From: a virus
DNA: 64,000 bases
Virus record (IMG/VR): IMGVR_UViG_3300035070_003385
Span: 1 to 64,000 of that record
Reading direction: 5' to 3' (one strand)
The position numbers and the translations under genes are program-made. Below are positions 8,594-18,119 of the stretch, piece after piece (the first letter of the stretch is position 1; every line of letters begins with the position of its first letter). The notes under the pieces are model-generated. The model did not search any database. It worked only from the letters and a program-made list of their open reading frames with translations, and was not told the DNA's origin.

Positions 8594-9679
8594 TTATACC
8601 TGTTGTCCTGCAGTCATGTTTCTAGCTTGGGTTAGATCGCCAACGTCGGTTGCATTTGCATCAGTAGCAAAAGAAAACTTGTCAATTGTGTTTCTCTCCG
8701 GTGGTGTTCTTCCCCCAGAAGTATATCCTGAAACGGTGCTAGACTGGCCAGCCGGGGAATCTCTACTTTGCGTTAAATTACCAACGTCGGTTGCATTTGC
8801 ATCAGAAGCAAAAGGAAATTTATCAATTACGTTTACCCTGGCTGACCCTTGAAATCCACCAGAAGTATATCCAGAAATGTCACTAGATTGTCCAGCTGCG
8901 TACGCTCTTGCTTGTGTCAAATCGCCAACATCAGTGGCGTTTCCATCGGTAGCAAAAGGAAATTTATCAATTAAATCAGCTACTGGGTTTTTCCCGGAAA
9001 CATATCCTGATACTTTACTAGATTGCCCGGTAGTTGCAAATCTAGTCTGCGTTAAATCGCCAACATCAGTGGCATTTCCATCAGCAGCAAAAGGGAATTT
9101 ATCAATTGTGTTTCTAGCGCCAGGTGCATACCCTCCTGCGGTATAACCAGAAACATCACTAGATTGACCCGATACATAAAATCTTGCCTGCGTCAAATCG
9201 CCAACGTCAGTTGCATTTGCATCAGCGGCAAAGGGAAATTTGTCAATCGTGTTTACTGAACCAGGAGAAGTCCCTCCCGAGGCATAACCTGAAACACTAC
9301 TCGATTGTCCGGCCGGCCCTTCTCGCCCGTCTGATAAATTACCAACATCAGTCGCATTACCGTCAGATGCAAAAGAAAATTTATCTATAGTGTCAACTTG
9401 GCCAGGCACGCCGCCCGAAGTATAACCACTAATAGAACCTTGCGCTTGCGGCGGAGGCGGTGGACTAAAGCTGATCGACTGCTCTTCCGCATTAAATTGA
9501 TTAAACGCAAAACCATCGTCAGCGATTGCTTTCGCATCAGATATCGAGTATCCGTCAGAAGAAACACTATCGTTATTCGCGATTAAGATATACGCATCAT
9601 TCGCTAGTGCCGTATTGGCACTAGCGCTGTAGTTTCGATTGTCGTCTAAGAACGTTGATCCGTTTGATTTTAATGCCAC
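8594..9679 (-). CDS. Six-repeat beta-propeller protein, paralog 1 (N-terminal type B)
   Basis: N-terminal ~72 aa nearly identical to 7510..8589; six repeats; ends GQQV. Confidence 0.85.
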   Translation of the reverse strand: MALKSNGSTFLDDNRNYSASANTALANDAYILIANNDSVSSDGYSISDAKAIADDGFAFNQFNAEEQSISFSPPPPPQAQGSISGYTSGGVPGQVDTIDKFSFASDGNATDVGNLSDGREGPAGQSSSVSGYASGGTSPGSVNTIDKFPFAADANATDVGDLTQARFYVSGQSSDVSGYTAGGYAPGARNTIDKFPFAADGNATDVGDLTQTRFATTGQSSKVSGYVSGKNPVADLIDKFPFATDGNATDVGDLTQARAYAAGQSSDISGYTSGGFQGSARVNVIDKFPFASDANATDVGNLTQSRDSPAGQSSTVSGYTSGGRTPPERNTIDKFSFATDANATDVGDLTQARNMTAGQQV

Positions 9680-9682
9680 GAG

Positions 9683-12247
9683 TTAAGATTCCTCGATTTT
9701 TGAAACGCGTTCGGCCAACTGCTTGTAACCCTCGATAAGGAATGCGACCAACGGTATATAGTTAACGTACTTCTTGTTATCCATATTCGTAACGAGTTCT
9801 GGTAAAACGTTCTCAAGTTCTTGAGCGATCACACCGTAACTGTTCTTTCCGTTATCTTTCCATTTGAACTTATATATGTCAATCTGATTTAAGATATCAT
9901 TCATATTATCGATCGGAGTAAAGTCTTTCTTTGCACTTATGTCTGATAGCGAATTAAAGTTTGTAGCTGAAAGAGTACCAGTTGAAGGATTAAAGTATAG
10001 TTTAGTGCTTGTTGCGTTAATTGTTTGAATTGACCCAACATTTTGAACAAACACTGGGAAAAACGATGCGTCTGTAGAGGTATCATTTGTAGCATTCATT
10101 TCTGTTGCTGAAGCACCGGCCGACTCTGGTCCTTGAATACCTTGTTCGCCAGTAATACCTTGAATACCTTGTTCGCCAGTAGTACCTTGAGTACCAGCGC
10201 CAGTAGTACCTTGTGTTCCTTGTTCGCCAGTAGTACCTTGAGTACCAGTTCCAGTTATACCCTGAATACCTTGAATACCTTGAGCACCTGTTGCCCCGTC
10301 ACCACCAGATGGCCCGCTGGTAGTTACCCATTGTTGAGTATCTCCATCGTCATAATATACATTTAATGTAGAATCTGTCGTGTCAAACCACATTTGTCCA
10401 TCTACAGGAGAACTTGGCGCAGTATTAGAAGTTTCTGTAATTGTGCCAACATTTCCAGTAATACCTTGAATACCTTGTTCACCAGTAATACCTTGAATAC
10501 CTTGTTCACCAGTAGCACCTTGAGTACCTTGAGTACCTTGATTACCATCTCCTCCAGTACCTTGAATACCTTGTTCTCCAGTAGTACCTTGAGTACCAGC
10601 GCCAGTAATACCTTGAATACCTTGTTCGCCAGTAGTACCTTGTGTTCCTTGTTCGCCAGTAGTACCTTGAGTACCTTGATTACCATCTCCTCCAGTACCT
10701 TGAATACCTTGTTCGCCGGTCGTACCCTGTATACCTTGTTCTCCAGTAGTACCAATAGTACCTTGAGTACCTTGAGCACCAGCCCCTCCAGTACCTTGAA
10801 TACCTTGCGCACCAGTGTTACCTACGATACCTTGGGCCCCAGCCTCACCGTCTTCACCCTGAGTACCTTGTATCCCTAACGGGCCCTGAATGCCAATCCT
10901 ACCTTGAATACCTTGTTCGCCAGTTGTACCTTGAGTACCTGCTCCGGTGATACCTTGACTACCTTGTGCACCTAAGAATCCTTGAATACCTTGTTCACCA
11001 GTTGTACCTTGAGTACCTGCTCCGGTGATACCTTGACTACCTTGTATACCTAAGAAACCTTGAATACCCTGAATACCTTGAGCACCAGCGCCAGTAATAC
11101 CTTGAATACCTTGCGGGCCAAGATCACTAATCTGTAGCTCTCCACCCATTGCAGAGTGAATGGAACACTGATAGTATAAGGTATTAGGCGCATTATAAGG
11201 TACTGCAAAAGTAACAGTGCCTACTTCTGTTCCGTTTCCTGTTACTCCAGTCGTATATTGGTTGCCAGTACCAGTTGTTGCGCTAGATTTTATATAAAAA
11301 GGATGGCCTGATGCGTTTACAATAAATCTATACGTAAATCCTCTAATTAATTTAATATCTGCATTACTTACTGAAAAGTCAATTAAATATGCAATATTTC
11401 CGGAACTATCAACATTTATATCACGAGCACCTTCAAGACCTTGAACACCTTGTTCGCCAGTGATACCTTGAATACCCTGAATACCTTGTACTCCGATTGT
11501 ACCATCTATACCCTGAATACCTTGTTCACCGGTAATACCTTGTATACCCTGAGCACCAATAATACCTTGCCGGCCTTGAATACCTTGCGATCCTTGAACA
11601 CCTTGCGATCCTTGAATACCTTGCGAACCAATTGTACCTTGTGCACCTAAAGTACCATCGATACCTTGGATACCTTGCTCGCCAGTAATACCTTGAATAC
11701 CCTGAGCACCCTGATCGCCTCGTAGCGATGTACCTTGAATACCTTGAATACCTTGCCGGCCTTGATTGGCAGTGCCTTGGATACCTTGCTGGCCAGTGAT
11801 ACCTTGGATACCTTGAACACCCTGTGTTCCTCTAAAATTTCCAATGTTTACCCAAGTGCTAGAACCTGTATAAGCCCATAATTCATTTTCAGCTTGGTCT
11901 ACAACCGTGTTGCCAACTGTAGCTGATGGAAAGTTTGCATTAAGTACTGCTTGAGGATCTCCGGAGTAATTTACGTCAGATTCAGATCCGATGATATTAA
12001 TAGCAGGTCCAAAATCACCCTGAATGCCTTGAAACCCTTGAATACCCTGAATGCCTTGAATACCTTGAATACCGCCAGTTCCAGCTAAATTCCAACTTAC
12101 ACCATCTGAAGAATATAAGTTGTCGTCGGAACCATAAACTAACACATACTGGTGTGCAACAGGATCCAAATCTATTGGAAGCTGCTTAAACAGTAATTTT
12201 TCTGGCTGGCCAATGGGCGATCCTCGAAGTGTTTTAAACGACATCAT
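9683..12247 (-). CDS. Collagen-like (Gly-X-Y) tail fibre with an internal cupredoxin-like domain and a C-terminal peptidase S74 intramolecular chaperone
   Basis: Long GIQ/GTQ/GEQ triplet tracts; GHPF...YYQCSIHSAMGG; C-terminal SDISAKKDF...GVIAQELENVLPELV. Confidence 0.85.
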   Translation of the reverse strand: MMSFKTLRGSPIGQPEKLLFKQLPIDLDPVAHQYVLVYGSDDNLYSSDGVSWNLAGTGGIQGIQGIQGIQGFQGIQGDFGPAINIIGSESDVNYSGDPQAVLNANFPSATVGNTVVDQAENELWAYTGSSTWVNIGNFRGTQGVQGIQGITGQQGIQGTANQGRQGIQGIQGTSLRGDQGAQGIQGITGEQGIQGIDGTLGAQGTIGSQGIQGSQGVQGSQGIQGRQGIIGAQGIQGITGEQGIQGIDGTIGVQGIQGIQGITGEQGVQGLEGARDINVDSSGNIAYLIDFSVSNADIKLIRGFTYRFIVNASGHPFYIKSSATTGTGNQYTTGVTGNGTEVGTVTFAVPYNAPNTLYYQCSIHSAMGGELQISDLGPQGIQGITGAGAQGIQGIQGFLGIQGSQGITGAGTQGTTGEQGIQGFLGAQGSQGITGAGTQGTTGEQGIQGRIGIQGPLGIQGTQGEDGEAGAQGIVGNTGAQGIQGTGGAGAQGTQGTIGTTGEQGIQGTTGEQGIQGTGGDGNQGTQGTTGEQGTQGTTGEQGIQGITGAGTQGTTGEQGIQGTGGDGNQGTQGTQGATGEQGIQGITGEQGIQGITGNVGTITETSNTAPSSPVDGQMWFDTTDSTLNVYYDDGDTQQWVTTSGPSGGDGATGAQGIQGIQGITGTGTQGTTGEQGTQGTTGAGTQGTTGEQGIQGITGEQGIQGPESAGASATEMNATNDTSTDASFFPVFVQNVGSIQTINATSTKLYFNPSTGTLSATNFNSLSDISAKKDFTPIDNMNDILNQIDIYKFKWKDNGKNSYGVIAQELENVLPELVTNMDNKKYVNYIPLVAFLIEGYKQLAERVSKIEES

Positions 12248-12656
12248 CTTGCTCCGCTTGTCCTACTGTATATGATATAGTAACATCAACGCTGTTATTT
12301 GATGTGGCTTTCATTTCAAGAATATCACCAGTATATATAAACTGCCCATTCATAGGAAAAGAAAGAACATCAAAACTTGGAATAGGAATTTCGTTTGCTA
12401 AATAAAATACACTATTTGAACTCGCGCGATATATCCTTACACTTACATCAACTGTTACAATGTCGCGATTTGCAATAATTAATGGCGTAATTATTTCTCC
12501 CACGCCTGGAACCGTTACATTAGTTCCACCAAAAACAAGTTCAGGAATAGAATAGCTAGGTACTTCAATAATTGGATCCCAGCTTTCTGATAAAGTAACA
12601 CTGAGACCAACTGGTTTTGCGTCTGGCGCTTGTGTAGTGGTAATAATTGTTGTCAT
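12234..12656 (-). CDS. Putative virion structural protein (beta-sandwich, 140 aa)
   Basis: Beta-rich ORF translationally coupled to the flanking fibre genes. Confidence 0.7.
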   Translation of the reverse strand: MTTIITTTQAPDAKPVGLSVTLSESWDPIIEVPSYSIPELVFGGTNVTVPGVGEIITPLIIANRDIVTVDVSVRIYRASSNSVFYLANEIPIPSFDVLSFPMNGQFIYTGDILEMKATSNNSVDVTISYTVGQAEQDDVV

Positions 12657-15600
12657 GTTGATGTCCTACTGTTTGCGGCTCTACGAGCTAACTTTCTTAC
12701 TGAAGATGTAAACGGCCTACCTTCAATTCTACCGGTTCTACCGTTAATTCTGAGACCTTTTGCAAAATATTGATTATTTAATTCGTCTGCTCCAGACCAC
12801 CTTACTCTCCCACCATTTTCTTCAAGAACAGATGATGCTGCGGATATAGGCTGGCCCAATCTCCTAAAGTTTATAGGAAGAGCGTTAACATTAACACCAG
12901 CGCTAGCCAAATTAAATTGATGCGAAAGACTTTCTACTAAACTTCCAAAATTAATAACGGTTGGGTTTCGTACGCTTGCAATTAATACTTCGTCTACAAG
13001 GCCATCTAACATAGCCTCTTCTCCAGCGGTTAGAGTAAATGTACTTTTAATTGTATCACGCATCCGGTCCCATGAATTTGTAAATGCGTTTAATAGCGAT
13101 ATATCATTTGCTCCATCTGAAATCCAAGCAGATCCGTTCCAATAATAAACTGTTCCATCGTATACGTTCGTAACACTTGTATATACAATATAAGCATCTT
13201 TAATTGCTACGGTTGATCCGGCCGGTAAATTGCCGACAGCAGCAACACTCCCAACATAATTAAGACCGACTGTTGTTGGGTTAAATACTGAAAAAACATG
13301 CTTACCTTTGCTAGTAAATAATCCAGCCGTAAATATACGAGTGCCAGTTTGAGTTCCACCCCTAAAGTCATTTGTAATAGAACGAAGAAAGTTTAACGAG
13401 TCTCTACGCGTGAGTTCTTCATCTATAAAATCGTATGTTGCATTTACATAAGCAACTGTAGTTTTCTGAAGCTGGGCTTTGTTATTATCTATAATTTCTT
13501 TACCGTTTACATAATTAGTGGCCACCCAAGTTAAATCAGGTTCTTCTCTCGCCTGAAGATGTGTAAGGGAATTATATTTTATAACGTCTTTTAACATATT
13601 CGCAAGCGATACACACTTAAGTGCTTCAACTTGAGACGCTGCACCAGATGCAGTATCTTGTGACGGATACGTTCCTAATATGATAGATGAACAAATCGAC
13701 CCAAGCTGTTCATAAATAGCAGCAGTTGGTGCTCTTTGGGCTGTTGATAAAGAACTACCAGCTTCTCTATAATAATTTTCAGTGTTTACGATTGATGCTA
13801 TGTTTGTTTCGTAGTTTAAGTCGTGTGTTAACGCATCGATTTTATACCCAATGTCTCGCGTATATGCTGCCACGTTATAGACAAGACTAGGATAATTTGT
13901 ATTAATCCAAGCAATTAAGTCTGTTTGGATTAAAGATTTATTTGCAATTAAAAGATCTCTTGCATTTGCGTGATTACTAATTCCTGTACCCGAAAATGTA
14001 AGTGTATCTGCATTGCCAGTTCCATTTTCGAGAATGTCTATAATTTCATCAAAGGACGCGTCTGTTCTTGTTTCGCTAGCAGAGTTTTGAAGAAGATCTT
14101 TAACAGATGTTTTAAGAAAGGTAATTGCCCCTGATGTTTCAGTTAACTGATCGTTAATAACAACCTGCGAGTTTGCGGTTCTGTATGAATTGCCGTTTAA
14201 TACTGCCCAGTAGTTAGTACCAAGGACTAGATCATTTCCAACACCGTCAAGAATGTATCCAGTGTCTCTTTTACATTTTACTGAGTTATACCCCTCGTAA
14301 CCAAGAGTAGTAGTTAAGTGACTCCATAAATCGTCTATAACAGTATTTGAAGAATTAATAATAGTATCAGCAAGAGTATTATTTGCAACTAAAGTTGCTG
14401 TAGTTTGCGCTGGATTAAATATTGGAGTACTACCCTTGGCCCGCATCGATATATCACCAAACTGCGTACCTGAATTATTGAGTGTAATTTGACCGCCATC
14501 TAAAGCATAAAACGAACAGCGCGCAAAAATTGATAATGACGAAATTCCATTAATCCCAGCTCCGTTCTTTGCAACATATCCTATTCCATTTTGAGTACGA
14601 GGAGTTGCACCAAAACAAAGTATATATGGAAAAATAGAATCTGTATCTACAATTTCGCGGTCGGCAAGAATCATACCACCGCCACGCCCAACATTTTTGT
14701 TCGGAAAGTCTTCTTCGCCGACAACAGTGATCGTTGCGCTCCCACCTGAAGAAGAAGTGATTGTAGTATTAGATGTAAAACCCTTTGTGTTGTTTCTTAC
14801 ATAAATTGTACCTGAGCCAATTTCGTCAACTCTTGAAACAAATCCATTTACGTCGTCACTTGTTTCAATTGCATCACCTTCTTTAAAAGTTCCGGTTACG
14901 CCAGATACAGTAAGCTCATATCCCAAATCGTAAATAGTTCCACGGCTGTTAAGCGGATTTAATAGAGGAGGAATTTCTTTTTCAAAATAGTTTGATATTT
15001 GGCTTGAGTCTCTTACATAAGGAGATCTTGTAATTTTTGTACCGGGTCTAAATGCAAATGCAAACCCGCCAGTTGGATAATCAAAGTTATCAACTTTTAA
15101 ATTAAAGAACGAAAATCCTTGCACGTAACAGCCTGAACCTAAAAGAATACAGTTTTTGTTTTCGTATCCGTCATTCATTACAATGGTTGTTGAATATTGG
15201 CCTGAAGAACCTATCATAGAGCAAAAGTCTGGTAAAGCTAATTCACCGTTTGTATAATAAGTTCCTGGCCCGACTGTAATATTAATAATTTGTCGATCAA
15301 GAACACCTGGTCTTATTGTTTTTGCTTTTTCTTGAGCAATTGTTACAGCACGTTCAAGGGTCGCAACCGGGGCCAAATAGCTACCAACATTACTATCATT
15401 ACCGTCAGAGCTTACATATACTTTAAAAGCCTTTTCGGAGGACTTTGCGATTTCTTTATATAATTGAGAATAAGAAAATGCAACAGTTATTCCAGCCGAT
15501 ACATCCTTTAAAGTAAAATAATCTTCGTTTTGGATATCATCGGTTAACGGTGTTGTTACTGTTATGTTTGGGTTTTTAATTGGTGTATTATCTATTAATC

Positions 15601-15772
15601 CACCAGCTACTTTAATATCACTGAACTGCTCTTTTTGTAGAGCCTTTAAAAGTTCATCTCTCGTGATGCTTCTTGTGCCGTCATCACCCTGATCAAGGCT
15701 AACCATAACAAAAAGATCATTCGATTTTGTATTAGCACCAGAAATCTGTTCAAGATCTGAAATTTTTGACAT
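12653..15772 (-). CDS. Large virion fibre/structural protein with a pectin-lyase-like beta-helix (DUF1565-like) domain
   Basis: VYVSSDGNDSNVGSYLAPVATLERAV...INITVGPGTY beta-helix entry motif; late promoter upstream. Confidence 0.7.
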   Translation of the reverse strand: MSKISDLEQISGANTKSNDLFVMVSLDQGDDGTRSITRDELLKALQKEQFSDIKVAGGLIDNTPIKNPNITVTTPLTDDIQNEDYFTLKDVSAGITVAFSYSQLYKEIAKSSEKAFKVYVSSDGNDSNVGSYLAPVATLERAVTIAQEKAKTIRPGVLDRQIINITVGPGTYYTNGELALPDFCSMIGSSGQYSTTIVMNDGYENKNCILLGSGCYVQGFSFFNLKVDNFDYPTGGFAFAFRPGTKITRSPYVRDSSQISNYFEKEIPPLLNPLNSRGTIYDLGYELTVSGVTGTFKEGDAIETSDDVNGFVSRVDEIGSGTIYVRNNTKGFTSNTTITSSSGGSATITVVGEEDFPNKNVGRGGGMILADREIVDTDSIFPYILCFGATPRTQNGIGYVAKNGAGINGISSLSIFARCSFYALDGGQITLNNSGTQFGDISMRAKGSTPIFNPAQTTATLVANNTLADTIINSSNTVIDDLWSHLTTTLGYEGYNSVKCKRDTGYILDGVGNDLVLGTNYWAVLNGNSYRTANSQVVINDQLTETSGAITFLKTSVKDLLQNSASETRTDASFDEIIDILENGTGNADTLTFSGTGISNHANARDLLIANKSLIQTDLIAWINTNYPSLVYNVAAYTRDIGYKIDALTHDLNYETNIASIVNTENYYREAGSSLSTAQRAPTAAIYEQLGSICSSIILGTYPSQDTASGAASQVEALKCVSLANMLKDVIKYNSLTHLQAREEPDLTWVATNYVNGKEIIDNNKAQLQKTTVAYVNATYDFIDEELTRRDSLNFLRSITNDFRGGTQTGTRIFTAGLFTSKGKHVFSVFNPTTVGLNYVGSVAAVGNLPAGSTVAIKDAYIVYTSVTNVYDGTVYYWNGSAWISDGANDISLLNAFTNSWDRMRDTIKSTFTLTAGEEAMLDGLVDEVLIASVRNPTVINFGSLVESLSHQFNLASAGVNVNALPINFRRLGQPISAASSVLEENGGRVRWSGADELNNQYFAKGLRINGRTGRIEGRPFTSSVRKLARRAANSRTST

Positions 15773-15794
15773 GATTAGTTAACCTTTTTTCTTA

Positions 15795-15802
15795 TATTTA
15801 TA
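15795..15802 (-). promoter_or_regulatory. Late promoter TATAAATA
   Basis: Exact motif 23 nt upstream of the ATG at 15772. Confidence 0.7.
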
Positions 15803-15844
15803 AAACAAAACACATCGCTTGTACGAATTTAAAAATATTTAAAT

Positions 15845-16885
15845 TTACACAAGCCCGTAAATAGTGCCAGTATTTACTATACTTACATTAGGACTAGTTG
15901 TTTCTACAGCTTTCCCGCCAGTTCCACCGAGTTTCCCACCCCGGCCACCATTAGCACCCCAACCGCCACCTCCGCCACCGGATCCTGCGGCGGGAGTTCT
16001 ACCTTGACCCGATGCGCCAGCACTTCCTCCTGGCATGCCTTCATAGTCGTCACTGCCGGTGGATCCTGCCCCGCCAACACCAGGTAAAATACGGCCGCCG
16101 CCGCCACCTGAACCAGCATCTGGATCATTAAACAATCCGGAACCATTATCATATCCGCCGCCGCCACCGCCAGCTCCGCCGCCCTTGCCGCCACCTGCAT
16201 CCGAATCGTTTGGCGCAGTACCGCCAGTAGCGCCAAGTATACCACCTACACCTGGGCGACCTGCCCCGCGGAAGCCAGATCCACCAGCACCACCGCCAGC
16301 ACCGCCACCGCCGCCTGCGCTTGCCCCAGGGTCTCCACCGCCACCACCACCGCCTCCGCCAGCAATGTATGCATTTATATTATTAAGAATTGTAACATTT
16401 GCATTTGTTAATATTTTTATCGCAGGTCCACCATTTTCACCGGCAACGCCGCCATTTCCGCCTTTACCACCGCAACCAATGATATTGCCATTGTTTCGAA
16501 TGATTATGTCGCCAGTCATATTCGATGGTATAGTTAATCCTGCGTTAGCCGGGCTATCGCCCCAAAACCATACATTTAGTGGAATTGATAAGTCATAGCG
16601 CAAAGATGGATCTGTAAAACCAATTCCAGTTAATAACGTCCATAAATTACAATTTTTAATATTGTCAAAACCGTTTATTCTTGGGTCGTACAAACCGCTA
16701 ATAGCGTTTGATGCAATTTCCCGAACATCTGATGTGCCATAAAAATCACTAAATTTTATTGTGCCTGAAAGCGGAATTTCTGGAGCAACACCGTAAAATT
16801 CTCCAAGGGACCAAGGTTTAGGATTATCAAATTCTGCCTCGATTTCAGTAAATGAAAGAGTTCCAAATGCTGCTTTAATTGGCAT
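15845..16885 (-). CDS. gp38: Glycine-rich tail-fibre adhesin, T2/S16 gp38-like
   Basis: N-terminal ...IKFSDFYG; NNGNIIGCGGKGG; IAGGGGGGGG; GGGGGGWG polyglycine motifs; lies directly downstream of an S74-chaperoned fibre. Confidence 0.65.
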   Translation of the reverse strand: MPIKAAFGTLSFTEIEAEFDNPKPWSLGEFYGVAPEIPLSGTIKFSDFYGTSDVREIASNAISGLYDPRINGFDNIKNCNLWTLLTGIGFTDPSLRYDLSIPLNVWFWGDSPANAGLTIPSNMTGDIIIRNNGNIIGCGGKGGNGGVAGENGGPAIKILTNANVTILNNINAYIAGGGGGGGGGDPGASAGGGGGAGGGAGGSGFRGAGRPGVGGILGATGGTAPNDSDAGGGKGGGAGGGGGGYDNGSGLFNDPDAGSGGGGGRILPGVGGAGSTGSDDYEGMPGGSAGASGQGRTPAAGSGGGGGGWGANGGRGGKLGGTGGKAVETTSPNVSIVNTGTIYGLV

Positions 16886-16886
16886 A

Positions 16887-17939
16887 TTATTTACCTATTT
16901 TTTCGTTTAATTCTTTGATAGCCTCAATTAACAACCCAACTAAATTTCCATGGCGAACTGCATAAACTTTTTCTTTAGTTTTAGGATCGTCGTGTTGATA
17001 TACTATACCGGGCAATACATCAATAATTTCTTGGGCTATGACGCCAGTCATAGGATTATCATTCCCTATATAATTAAACGTGTATCCACCGAGTTGTAAA
17101 ACTTTTTCTAGAGCATTTGAAATTGGAAGTATGTTTTCTTTCATTGTAATGTCTGAAACAGACCCATAAGCCGTTACATCACCCCCAGCAACAACCTGGC
17201 CTATTACACTGACATTCCCATTACTAAGTATATCATTAAATGTTACATTAGATGTAGTTGCCACGTCTTGACCTATGCTTATAACACCGGTTGAATTATC
17301 ATAAGTAATACCAGTTCCGCCAGAAATTGATGATCTAGCTCTTGCTGCAGTAAAATAAAGATTGTTACTACCTTCAGTCAAGTCATCCGAATTGTGATTA
17401 GATATATCACTTACAGTACCAGTAATATCTCCAGTCACATTACTGGAAATCTTAAACGGAGCTGGTACTTCAATACCAGCCAGCGCTATGAATTTTCCTG
17501 AAATTGTTAAATCACCTGTTGGCGTTAATACTAATCTGCGAGGGGTAGCGCCGGTGTCAATAATAAAATTGTTATTAATTGTATCTTCAAAGCCGGTCAA
17601 CCAGGTAGAAGAGCCAGACGAATATTTAAACCTAGGGCCTGCTGGGCTAACCGTAGTTTGTGCAATTACACCGGAGGTGTTAATTTCAATAGGTGCAGTA
17701 TATGATACTTTAGTAAAACCACTTCTTGGCATAACAGTATTTACCTGGAGTGAATCATGGGCAATTACATTATTTGCGGTGAATGTGCCTACAAGAGTTG
17801 AGTTACCTGTAGTTGAATCGCCGAGCGCGGATGCCGACATAACATCAGTTTCCAATAGCTGCACTATGTCATTAGTTTTATCTAGCCACGATTGAAAGGT
17901 TTGTGTTGTTGTGACTTGGCCTATAATTGGTTTTGACAT
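16887..17939 (-). CDS. Tail fibre protein with C-terminal peptidase S74 chaperone
   Basis: SDITMKENILPISNALEKVLQLGGYTF...GVIAQEIIDVLP. Confidence 0.8.
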   Translation of the reverse strand: MSKPIIGQVTTTQTFQSWLDKTNDIVQLLETDVMSASALGDSTTGNSTLVGTFTANNVIAHDSLQVNTVMPRSGFTKVSYTAPIEINTSGVIAQTTVSPAGPRFKYSSGSSTWLTGFEDTINNNFIIDTGATPRRLVLTPTGDLTISGKFIALAGIEVPAPFKISSNVTGDITGTVSDISNHNSDDLTEGSNNLYFTAARARSSISGGTGITYDNSTGVISIGQDVATTSNVTFNDILSNGNVSVIGQVVAGGDVTAYGSVSDITMKENILPISNALEKVLQLGGYTFNYIGNDNPMTGVIAQEIIDVLPGIVYQHDDPKTKEKVYAVRHGNLVGLLIEAIKELNEKIGK

Positions 17940-17942
17940 ATC

Positions 17943-18119
17943 TTAAATACTTTCTATTCGATCAAGTCTTTCGCAAACTGAAGTAAGAACTTTTTTAATT
18001 TCCCTTACTTCTTTTGAAAGAGATTCGATTTTTCTGATGCGATTTCTTTCTAGCTTGTATTTATTTAAAGACGCAATATCGCTGTTTAGCAATGCTTTGG
18101 TTTTTTCATCTCTTATCAT
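17943..18119 (-). CDS. Small coiled-coil protein (58 aa; not in ORF track)
   Basis: MIRDEKTKALLNSDIASLNKYKLERNRIRKIESLSKEVREIKKVLTSVCERLDRIESI*. ATGA overlap with the upstream stop. Confidence 0.75.
   Translation of the reverse strand: MIRDEKTKALLNSDIASLNKYKLERNRIRKIESLSKEVREIKKVLTSVCERLDRIESI

Larger units (their letters stand above)
1..9679 (-). repeat. In-frame coding repeat family (~45-50 aa unit), 28 visible copies in five paralogous genes (two blocks: 1-694 and 5456-9679)
   Basis: The unit GQSSxxSGYxSGG-(variable)-IDKFPFAxDxNATDVGDLTQxR occurs six times in each of four complete genes and four times in the partial gene. Confidence 0.95.

Noticed and set aside
1-9679. Regularly spaced ~45-nt conserved DNA repeats with variable spacers that resemble a CRISPR array
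   Set aside because: The repeats are in-frame and degenerate at third codon positions inside long ORFs, there is no cas gene, and they are protein blade repeats.
5456-9679. Diversity-generating retroelement as the source of loop variability
   Set aside because: No reverse transcriptase or template/variable repeat pair in the window, and the variation includes indels and is not adenine-specific.
10133-11844. Plus-strand and alternative-frame ORFs over the collagen gene (MNTLFASNTL..., MRKVFKVL...)
   Set aside because: Shadow frames of the 9-nt Gly-X-Y repeat; low-complexity products with no SD or promoter context.
16059-16598. Proline-rich 179-aa plus-strand ORF
   Set aside because: Antisense mirror of the poly-Gly (GGN) codons of the gp38-like gene.
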